From Patescibacteria group bacterium (GTDB lineage Bacteria > Patescibacteriota > Saccharimonadia > Saccharimonadales > JAZKJC01): DNA of 61,889 nucleotides. The notes under the pieces are model-generated. The model was not told the origin of the DNA, ran no database searches, and saw only the letters and a program-made list of their open reading frames with translations. This document shows, one piece after another, positions 8,577-15,633 of the stretch (positions are counted from its first letter, which is position 1; each line of letters starts with the position of its first letter). Made by a program: the position numbers and the translations under genes. Where the stretch lies: contig JAZKJC010000009.1 in assembly GCA_040384565.1 (NCBI GenBank), positions 1 to 61,889 on the forward strand, given 5' to 3'.

Positions 8577-9392
8577 TTAATATATGTAGGCGAAAGTTGA
8601 CGCGGGTACTGTACGTCGTGATATGACATAGAGTCCGTTGTAGTTCATCTCACTAATCGTTACAGTGTTATCTCCATTAACGCTCTCAACATACACCACG
8701 TGCATGCCCTGTTGGCCAATTGCACCCGCTCGTGGTGATGATCCCGTTGGAAGACCCTGAGCCGCCGCACGGGCAACCCATGTATCGGCATTTCCCAGAT
8801 TGTTGGGCATATCAGGTCGCTTGTTTTTGGCATACCATGTGCAATAACCAGGAGAGTATGTGTTGCCGGTGGATGCTCCTCTCGTCTGAACCGATGGTTG
8901 CGCTATGGGTTTCGGCGTTTTAGGTTTAGCGGCAGGGCCATTATTTCTTGCAGTTGTCGTTGCGACCACTTGAGGCTTGGCTACGGTTTCCTGCGGTAGT
9001 ACCGGAAGTGGCCTATCTTTCAAAACCTCTTCAGGACGGGGAACCGTCAGCTCCTCGCCAACTTTTATAGTGTCCGGATTCTGAAGTACTTCGTTCTTGT
9101 CATAAAGACGCTTCCAGGTTGTGCTGTGCTTCTCTGCTATTGTGCTCAGCGAATCATTTTCCGCTACTTTATACTTCTCTTCAGGGGGCAAAATGGGCAC
9201 AATCTCAGTCGGCGGCAATGTTGTGACAGGTGTGCTAGGTGTAGTATCAAGCGCTGCCAGAACGGTTGGCTGAGTGGCCTCAACTATGGCTTTATTCACT
9301 TGTAAAAAATCAGGCATTTCTGCACTGACTGTTGAGCTGCTTGTTGCTAACATAGCCAAAGCAAACAAACTCACTAATGCGGCTATACGCAT
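8577..9392 (-). CDS. secreted LysM + CHAP peptidoglycan hydrolase
   Basis: Signal peptide, then a LysM segment (YKVAENDSLSTIAEKH...IKVGEELTVP), then a C-terminal CHAP-like segment (GYCTWYAK...HVVYVESV). Strong AAGGAGGG SD. Confidence 0.8.
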   Translation of the reverse strand: MRIAALVSLFALAMLATSSSTVSAEMPDFLQVNKAIVEATQPTVLAALDTTPSTPVTTLPPTEIVPILPPEEKYKVAENDSLSTIAEKHSTTWKRLYDKNEVLQNPDTIKVGEELTVPRPEEVLKDRPLPVLPQETVAKPQVVATTTARNNGPAAKPKTPKPIAQPSVQTRGASTGNTYSPGYCTWYAKNKRPDMPNNLGNADTWVARAAAQGLPTGSSPRAGAIGQQGMHVVYVESVNGDNTVTISEMNYNGLYVISRRTVPASTFAYIY

Positions 9393-9724
9393 CTAGTACC
9401 CTCCTTTAGGTTACATGTTCTAATGCCAATTACAGCAAGGCCATTTAGCAAGCCAGAAAATCTGATTCCTCATTTGCTAAATAAACATCAACGCATATTC
9501 GTTTGGGCTAATTAGTGTCCGTATAGTACGGAGCGCAACTTTGCTTTAGATAATGCGTTTGATGCTTTTAATTTTGTGTAATTGTCGTTTAAATAATTGC
9601 AGGAAATGCTAGGTTTTGTCCTGCTTTTTGTACCCCTCCACCTCACATGAAAAGATACTTAACCAATGGTACAGACATATTTTTGTATGTCAAGCCACAC
9701 GGTGTTGCATTATGCTTGAGCTTT

Positions 9725-9915
9725 TACTGGACTTACGCAAAACTCCCCCATCCCCAGACCGAATAATCTCGGCTGGTAGCAGCTTGTCTTCTCCCCGCCT
9801 GTCTTTCCGACAGGACGGACAGGTCGATGTACCAACAGGTACCTCTCCTTCAGCCAAACTGCTCCTAACTCGAGCTGATTCACCCTGGGAACGGGTGATT
9901 TGCGTAAGTCCAGTA
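9725..9915. repeat. 191-bp long imperfect hairpin
   Basis: Perfect 17-bp closing stem TACTGGACTTACGCAAA / TTTGCGTAAGTCCAGTA. The flanks stay largely complementary for about 40 more nt. The tip branches into small hairpins. Confidence 0.65.
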
Positions 9916-9917
9916 TG

Positions 9918-10697
9918 CTAATTTGAGATCCTGATCCAATCTTCAAGGCGTGCAACATATAAATTTTGTTTGATAATTTCTGCTTCGAACGCCGCTAGGT
10001 CTTCCATTATTTTTGGACGAAAATGCATCAGTACTATATCACCAGGGACCAAACGATCACCTTTCTGATACTGTACTATCCCGCCGTCAACCTTAGCTGA
10101 CCACATTACAATCGTTTTAACTCCACATTCATAAGCGGCGCCATATGTATTGGAATCGTAATGGCCACCGGGTGGCCGTAGCAAATTCGGATGCATGCCA
10201 AACACTTCCTGAACCTTATCGGACGCGACGCAAATTTCATTCTTTTGTTGTTTGTAATTTAAATCTTTCAGATAATGATGCGATAGCGTATGGTTTTGAA
10301 CAGTCGCGCCGGACTGGACTAGATTTTTAAAATAAACATAATTTTCTTTAGCATATATATCGGCCAGGAACAATGTGACAGGCCACTGCCTGCTTTTTAA
10401 GAATTCAATAGCTCTGTCATCCTTATACTGCCCATCGTCCATAGTTAAAAAAACGACTGGCTGATTAGTTTCAATCATGGAAATTAAATGAGCGAGAGAC
10501 TGCTTTGGTAAAGACAAATTATCTGGTGCGAATATCTGATTTATCCTTACTTCCCGCATAGGACGCGAACTAATATCCGCTGGTTGCTTAACTCCGGGAT
10601 GTTTGCTGAGAATAATAAGCGCAAATATTGCCCCAGCCCCGATCATAAATATGCATATAACCACACGAACAATGACTCTCTCAAAACCCCATTTCAT
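9918..10697 (-). CDS. polysaccharide deacetylase (NodB homology)
   Basis: N-terminal TM segment plus the motifs TMDDG, HTLSHH and LRPPGG. Confidence 0.8.
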   Translation of the reverse strand: MKWGFERVIVRVVICIFMIGAGAIFALIILSKHPGVKQPADISSRPMREVRINQIFAPDNLSLPKQSLAHLISMIETNQPVVFLTMDDGQYKDDRAIEFLKSRQWPVTLFLADIYAKENYVYFKNLVQSGATVQNHTLSHHYLKDLNYKQQKNEICVASDKVQEVFGMHPNLLRPPGGHYDSNTYGAAYECGVKTIVMWSAKVDGGIVQYQKGDRLVPGDIVLMHFRPKIMEDLAAFEAEIIKQNLYVARLEDWIRISN

Positions 10698-10754
10698 AGT
10701 GGCTACACTATATAACCATGAGAAAAATTTATAAATAAAGTATCTAACTTGAAC

Positions 10755-11480
10755 TCATTTAGCTTTCATAAAGCATTCTGTGCCGGCAATATCCGAACTA
10801 ATACTCCCATTTTTTAGACATTCCATAAGCTTTTCATACTGACTGACATGAGCCGCAATGGCAGTAAGTTTTTTATTAAGTAAATCAGGCGGTAGCTTGA
10901 AGCAAATATCCATCGCGGCTTCCGGAAGCATGCGTGGGCTGGCTGTTTTGAAAAAAATATTCAATAGCTTATCGGCTTTCTGGTCAATCTTTTCATATTT
11001 TTCCTGAGATTCAATTACTTCATAAAGCGTTGGTTTGGGATTACTGGCAGATGCTACTGTGCGTGCCCAATGCCCGACAGCCTTGTGATCCGCATGGCCA
11101 GTTAAGCCATCAGGACCAAATGTTATAACTGTATCAGGACGCACCTTATCAAATATTTCCTTAAGCTGGTTACATGCACTGGCAGATTCAATATCCGAGC
11201 AGCCGCCATCAGGGTAATTGAGCCAATAGTGTTCATTAATGCCAATCACTTTAAGAGCAGAGGCAAGTTCTGTCTCACGTACTTTGTCCAATGTAGCTAA
11301 AGGCCAACGCTTGGTATCCACGCTGCCAAGTTCACCCCTTGTAGCCGTCACAATTACAACGCGCTGGCCATTTGTCACTGCTGCCATCATAAGGCCTGCA
11401 GAATTCCAAGTTTCATCATCCGGATGTGCCCATACTGCCAGAATGGTTCCCAAGCTTAGGATTTGGCGATTATTATTCAT
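10755..11480 (-). CDS. PIG-L/LmbE family N-acetylglucosaminyl deacetylase
   Basis: AHPDDE motif near the N-terminus and GHADH further on. Confidence 0.8.
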   Translation of the reverse strand: MNNNRQILSLGTILAVWAHPDDETWNSAGLMMAAVTNGQRVVIVTATRGELGSVDTKRWPLATLDKVRETELASALKVIGINEHYWLNYPDGGCSDIESASACNQLKEIFDKVRPDTVITFGPDGLTGHADHKAVGHWARTVASASNPKPTLYEVIESQEKYEKIDQKADKLLNIFFKTASPRMLPEAAMDICFKLPPDLLNKKLTAIAAHVSQYEKLMECLKNGSISSDIAGTECFMKAK

Positions 11481-11504
11481 TATGTTTGAAATTAGAAAAA
11501 TGAC

Positions 11505-12323
11505 TTACCTAAGTTGTAAAGACTTTAATATTTCTAGAGCTTGCTTGTAAGCGTTACTGGATTTTAAAAGCTCCGGCGCTACGGCATTTGTAGCCAGGTC
11601 ATCCTTGAGCTCTTTTGATGAAAAGCCACCACCTATTATGTAGGTTTCAGCTTCTTTGCCATAGTTTGGCCCAAGCGTATCGCCCTTATTGAGGCTATAA
11701 TTACCGGCTATTAAAAACAAAGCAAAATTATCTGAGGTATCAATGCCAAATAATGTTAGATTGGTTTCGGTGCGCTGGCCCACGGCAGGCTTTGTGTATG
11801 TAAGTTTTTCTGAGGGCTGCAATGCTACGCCACGGCCAATAAATTTGCTATCTGCCGGACGGGCACCTTTGCGAACGTAAATACGGAAATTACCCGACAC
11901 GTCTTTGCTGTCAGTTGTCAGATAGTTAAAAGCGGGAGATTCCAAACGGACACTGTCTTGAGTTTCTGATTCTGTGGCAATCCAGGTTTCGGGGTGAGTT
12001 AGCTTGATACCTAGAAAGCCGTTTTCATAAGCTGAAGTTTTGTCAGTGTCAGGAACGTCATTTTCTGAAGCATCATCGCTGGCAATTTGCTCAGTCTGTG
12101 GTGTCGAGGCAGTTGTATTTTCGGCAGGCTTTTTGTTACCAAGTAGCTTTATTCCACCAAAAATCATAGCAGCCAATACCACTGTTCCCAGTAGTACGGG
12201 CACAATATATTTTTTACTAAATTTAGGTTGCTTTGAAACGGAAGACGAGGATTTATAACCAAGCTGTTGATCACTCACTGGCTTGTTGGCTGGATGATTA
12301 AATGGTGGTTCAGTATTTGGCAA
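11505..12323 (-). CDS. membrane-anchored hypothetical protein
   Basis: 272-aa ORF with a single TM after a Ser/Lys-rich N-terminus, then an acidic linker and a globular C-terminal part. Confidence 0.55.
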   Translation of the reverse strand: MPNTEPPFNHPANKPVSDQQLGYKSSSSVSKQPKFSKKYIVPVLLGTVVLAAMIFGGIKLLGNKKPAENTTASTPQTEQIASDDASENDVPDTDKTSAYENGFLGIKLTHPETWIATESETQDSVRLESPAFNYLTTDSKDVSGNFRIYVRKGARPADSKFIGRGVALQPSEKLTYTKPAVGQRTETNLTLFGIDTSDNFALFLIAGNYSLNKGDTLGPNYGKEAETYIIGGGFSSKELKDDLATNAVAPELLKSSNAYKQALEILKSLQLR

Positions 12324-12406
12324 AATATTCCCCTAACTGGAGTCTATTATGCGCCATTTACATATTTTAGTGCAACAACTAAAGCTATAAGAACCCACCC
12401 AAGATT

Positions 12407-12865
12407 TTATTGTCTTCTGCGGAATCTTGTAGTGGCGTGGGTGAGGATATTTGTGTTATGTCTGGACTTTTTACCCATATGATGTTTAACCGCCTTTGCT
12501 CCTTTGAAACCTGGCACTAACGCTAATGCGAAAGCTCCTGTCCGTAAAGCCTGATTAGGAGTTATAGAAACAGCAGTATTGGATACAAACTCTTTGGTTC
12601 GAACTACCAGCCTACTGGCTATTCTTCCAATGCCCCCCGCAACATTGGCAAATATAGCCTTTGTCATTGTCGATAACTCACCGCTATGTGGTAAAGGAGT
12701 AAGGTCGGGTGTTCTGGCAATACCATCAACCACATCTTGCGCCCCCGCAAGACGCTCCGCTGCGATAGTAGAGTCTACAAGCATATCTGGTACTGGAAAT
12801 GTTGGGCCAGCTTCTCCCGCTAGTCCTGCTGTTGTTGGTTGTGCGCTTTGCTCTTCTGCTCCCAT
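12407..12865 (-). CDS. hypothetical protein (152 aa, Ala/Gly-rich, basic tail)
   Basis: Internal ATG at 12865 preceded by AAGGAGAGAAATTT. The longer 274-aa version of this ORF lacks support. Confidence 0.4.
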   Translation of the reverse strand: MGAEEQSAQPTTAGLAGEAGPTFPVPDMLVDSTIAAERLAGAQDVVDGIARTPDLTPLPHSGELSTMTKAIFANVAGGIGRIASRLVVRTKEFVSNTAVSITPNQALRTGAFALALVPGFKGAKAVKHHMGKKSRHNTNILTHATTRFRRRQ

Positions 12866-13057
12866 AAATTTCTCTCCTTGCTTAGTTGAATGTATAAGCT
12901 TAACCGACCCTCCAGTTCTGACGCAGTAAAAAAACTCATTGCGCGTGGTATTTTGACAGGTATTTATAGTACTCGGTAGGCCAAAAAATTGTCTCCTGAA
13001 TTGACAGTGAAGCATTTCACAGACCATTAATAAATAAGACTGTATCATTGAGGTAAT

Positions 13058-13198
13058 ATGGAAATTACAGATCGAGTTAAATGTGATATTTGCGGTAAGT
13101 TTTCTCCGTACTCTTGCTCCAAGTGCCTGGGCGACTATTGCCGGGCGCATATTGGTAATCACTCCGAAGCCAACGGAATGAAACGTCGGAAGTGGTAA
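13058..13198 (+). CDS. small zinc-finger-like protein (46 aa)
   Basis: Hand translation: MEITDRVKCDICGKFSPYSCSKCLGDYCRAHIGNHSEANGMKRRKW. Ligand spacing is C-x2-C-x7-C-x2-C-x4-C-x2-H-x3-H. A GAGG SD lies 5 nt upstream. Confidence 0.45.
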   Translation: MEITDRVKCDICGKFSPYSCSKCLGDYCRAHIGNHSEANGMKRRKW

Positions 13199-13287
13199 AT
13201 CGCTCCGGCGAGTTACACACAAACAAAGCAATTATGCTATAGTTTATTGATAGAGTGGGAATAATATTCTATAAATTGGAGGGTAAA

Positions 13288-13857
13288 ATGCTAAAAGAAA
13301 TTATTAAAGAAACAACCGATGCTGTAGCTGCAGCTGTCAGTGGTGTTGATGACATCTTAGGGGCTGTCACGGATACCGTTAAACATCAGGTGATAAATGT
13401 ACTAAAAGGTACGGGAGAAATTTCCGGAGCAGGTGTGGAAGCAGTGGCTTCTGTAGCGAGCGGGGCAATTAAAGGTGCAGGTGATGTAGGGGCCTCCCTG
13501 ACTGGGGTGGTGACTAATACTATGAGCGGTGTTGTAAAAGGCGCTAATCAGGTTGGCGGTGATGTGATATCTGCTGTCAGAGGCGGTGTGGAGGGTATTG
13601 TTACCGCTGTGGCCGAAACCGGTGGTGATGTAGGCGGTGCAGCCGTGTCAGCTGTTCAGGGAGCAATTAAAGCAGTCGGCGATATTGGCGCTAATACAGC
13701 CGATGCTGCCAAAGCTGCGGTAGGTGGTGCCTTGGATGCGACAACAACTCTGGGAGGAAGCGCCGCCAGTACAGTGCGCGATGCATTGTTGTCTGCTGCA
13801 GCCCTACCAAAAGAGCTGGTTGAATCGGTAATAAAAGGTCGCGACAACAAAAAATAG
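13288..13857 (+). CDS. Gly/Ala/Val-rich repeat protein
   Basis: ATG at 13288 follows a GGAGGG SD. The protein contains ~22-residue repeats such as GAGDVGASLTGVVTNTMSGVVK and GTGEISGAGVEAVASVASGAIK. Confidence 0.6.
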   Translation: MLKEIIKETTDAVAAAVSGVDDILGAVTDTVKHQVINVLKGTGEISGAGVEAVASVASGAIKGAGDVGASLTGVVTNTMSGVVKGANQVGGDVISAVRGGVEGIVTAVAETGGDVGGAAVSAVQGAIKAVGDIGANTADAAKAAVGGALDATTTLGGSAASTVRDALLSAAALPKELVESVIKGRDNKK

Positions 13858-13886
13858 GTAGCTCAAAAGAGTTTTTAAAGCATAAG

Positions 13887-14042
13887 TCAGTCGAATTTAA
13901 CCATGGCTTGGATTAGCTGATTGCCATATGCTATAACCGTGCCCGAAGGTACCCAGCCGTCCACCCTTGCTTTTAAGACTGCTGATGTTAGACGGTCTGT
14001 TGAGGCTTGCTCGACAAGCATATAATCTACGACTTTTTGCAT
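13887..14042 (-). CDS. small hypothetical protein (51 aa)
   Basis: Hand translation: MQKVVDYMLVEQASTDRLTSAVLKARVDGWVPSGTVIAYGNQLIQAMVKFD. A perfect GGAGGA SD lies 7 nt upstream. Confidence 0.45.
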   Translation of the reverse strand: MQKVVDYMLVEQASTDRLTSAVLKARVDGWVPSGTVIAYGNQLIQAMVKFD

Positions 14043-14061
14043 AAATAAATCCTCCATTTTT

Positions 14062-14116
14062 TAGTACCCCAGCATGGCACAAGCAAATACAGCCTCTCGC
14101 TACATTCTGGGTACTA
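14062..14116. repeat. 55-bp hairpin with TAGTACCCC / GGGTACTA termini
   Basis: TAGTACCCCAG ... CTGGGTACTA. Confidence 0.6.
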
Positions 14117-14301
14117 TAGTACCCCTCCAACCCTAAAATGATGTATACCAACTACTCTCACCACCCCACACAGTCCGAACTGATCCGCTCCACAGTCTCT
14201 GTAACTATGGCTACAGCTCCTTTGCGGTGCGTTCACTCCGAACGGTCTGACATTACTGATAGTAGCTGGATATCCATCACCTTAGAGTTGGCGGGGTACT
14301 A
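14117..14301. repeat. 185-bp long imperfect hairpin with TAGTACCCC / GGGGTACTA termini
   Basis: TAGTACCCCTCCAACCCTAA pairs with CTTAGAGTTGGCGGGGTACTA. The interior arms TGATGTATACCAACTACT and AGTAGCTGGATATCCATCA are also complementary. Confidence 0.65.
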
Positions 14302-14318
14302 GAGTCTCAGCCTACTTA

Positions 14319-15089
14319 TTATCGGACAAAATAGGTGACGGTAACTGAGTAATGGAGCTCATTCTCGCCGGGCTGGACAGTTAGTCTTGAAGACGGTTCT
14401 GATGACATCACAGAATCTTTTGATAATGGGTAGACTTCACCAAAGCCGCCTTGATCCTCAACTGACTTAACGGCACCAACCTTAAAACCTAGATTCTTTG
14501 CGGATTGATCGGCCTTAGCACGAGCTTCCTTTGTTGCCTTGTCACGGGCCTCGCTGTCTAATTGCTTGCGCTTGGATTCACTAAAAGTGGGGTTGGGTGA
14601 TATAGAACCCGATGGTGCTGTTGTAACTAAATAATCTTGTACTTTCTGGGATAATTCACGGCTGGCAACCGTAATAGTTAAGGACAAACTGTAAGTAGCA
14701 CGTTTAGGGTTTTCAGGCTGAATCTCATCTGGATAACCATAGATTGGGTAGTCATTGGCGTTAGTGTTTGTCTTGATTTTGCTGTCTTCAACTCCCAAAC
14801 TTTTTAGCTTAGCTACGATTTCTTCGCTCTTTGAGCCTAGCTCTTTCAAGGCTACAGCTTTATCGGTATTCTTAAATTCATAGTTTGGATAAAATACATA
14901 TTCATCTGGTTCAGATTTAACCGTGGCTTCACCGGAAACTCTGATTGTGCGTTCACCTTTTCCATTGTCGCCAAAAATATTCCATGGTTTCCAAATGCTC
15001 AGCATACCGGCAATGACAGCCAGCAAGACAAAAATGATAATTCTGTAATCCAATGATAATTTAAAGCTGCTTTTATTTGGTTGCATCAT
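14319..15089 (-). CDS. SIMPL/DUF541 family periplasmic protein
   Basis: TM anchor, then RTIRVSGEATVKSEPDE, then a lysine/alanine-rich helix (KATKEARAKADQSAKNLG) typical of SIMPL. The ATG is at 15089 or 15086, after AGGAG. Confidence 0.75.
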   Translation of the reverse strand: MMQPNKSSFKLSLDYRIIIFVLLAVIAGMLSIWKPWNIFGDNGKGERTIRVSGEATVKSEPDEYVFYPNYEFKNTDKAVALKELGSKSEEIVAKLKSLGVEDSKIKTNTNANDYPIYGYPDEIQPENPKRATYSLSLTITVASRELSQKVQDYLVTTAPSGSISPNPTFSESKRKQLDSEARDKATKEARAKADQSAKNLGFKVGAVKSVEDQGGFGEVYPLSKDSVMSSEPSSRLTVQPGENELHYSVTVTYFVR

Positions 15090-15219
15090 AGTCTCCTGAC
15101 ATTTATCCTTATGATTAGATTGTGGTGTGTAAATAGACAAAAGTAAAGTAATCGCTAGTTTAAACGATAGTTATCCACAGAAATGTAAGCTTAAACATTA
15201 ATAAAACATTAATTTATGA

Positions 15220-15248
15220 TTGACAAGTATTTAGTGCGCGATTATAGT
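15220..15248 (+). promoter_or_regulatory. sigma70-type promoter
   Basis: TTGACA (15220-15225), a 17-nt spacer, then TATAGT (15243-15248). Confidence 0.5.
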
Positions 15249-15254
15249 AACAAG

Positions 15255-15336
15255 TAGTCACTGTGAGGTGATTAGTAATAATTCTAGCAATAGAATTGTT
15301 GCGCAATAAAAGAGCCCCTCAAAAGGCTCTTTTTTG
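15255..15336 (+). ncRNA. candidate ~80-nt small RNA or terminator-containing leader
   Basis: Starts just after the promoter above. Contains the hairpin ATTCTAgcaaTAGAAT and ends in AAAAGAGCC-cctcaaaa-GGCTCTTTTTT. Confidence 0.3.
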
Positions 15337-15351
15337 TTTATCATTAAGTTT

Positions 15352-15633
15352 ATGACTGTTACTAAAAAACGAAATTTATGGGACAAAGCTTGGAATGATG
15401 AAGACGGCAGGCTGACCATATGGCAAACGCCAAATATACCTCTCATAACGTGGTTGCTGGCTTCGGTTGGCTTGCGCTTATTCAGGAACGGCACCCTGCA
15501 TGCTCTACTCGATGTTGTTGCTTTTGGCTCAATATTTACTTGGTCATATCTGGAGATTCGCCTTGGGACCAGTTATTTTCGAAAAATATTAGGACTAACG
15601 GTAATGGCCGCAATAATTCTAAACAGAGTTTAG
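15352..15633 (+). CDS. small membrane protein, unknown function
   Basis: 93-aa ORF from ATG 15352 with Trp-rich hydrophobic segments and no obvious SD. Confidence 0.5.
   Translation: MTVTKKRNLWDKAWNDEDGRLTIWQTPNIPLITWLLASVGLRLFRNGTLHALLDVVAFGSIFTWSYLEIRLGTSYFRKILGLTVMAAIILNRV

Noticed and set aside
9725-9915. Possible c-di-AMP (ydaO-yuaA) riboswitch on the minus strand upstream of the LysM-CHAP hydrolase. The context is typical for that riboswitch, and the strings ACGCAAAUC, GGGUGAAUC, GCGGGGAG and UGCGUAAG loosely resemble conserved blocks.
   Set aside because: The 5' and 3' flanks are simply complementary to each other over about 57 nt, forming a rod-like hairpin. They do not show the pseudo-two-fold direct symmetry of ydaO. 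The element begins 3 nt after the upstream stop codon, like the other long hairpins in this window, and lies about 330 nt from the hydrolase start. A cmsearch with RF00379 would settle it.
9616-9958. Track ORFs 9616..9921 (+) and 9710..9958 (-).
   Set aside because: They lie on opposite strands across the long hairpin, have low-complexity Pro/Ser/Leu composition and lack an SD. Both are palindrome artefacts.
12866-13231. N-terminal 122 residues of track ORF 12407..13231 (-).
   Set aside because: The composition is Cys/Phe/Asn-rich and unlike a protein. The strong AAGGAG SD sits in front of the internal ATG at 12865. The opposite strand holds a better small zinc-finger-like ORF.
13897-14151. 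Track ORF 13897..14151 (-), 84 aa.
   Set aside because: It has no SD and an odd composition, and it runs through the hairpin repeats. A different frame carries the SD-preceded 51-aa ORF.
13858-14318. A 460-bp gap between genes looked like a place for RNase P RNA or tmRNA.
   Set aside because: I found no GGAAAGUCCGG / ACAGAA.CCGGCUUA P4 strands on either strand. I also found no tRNA-like ...UCCACCA 3' end and no tag-peptide frame. The region is explained by a small SD-preceded ORF plus two hairpin elements.
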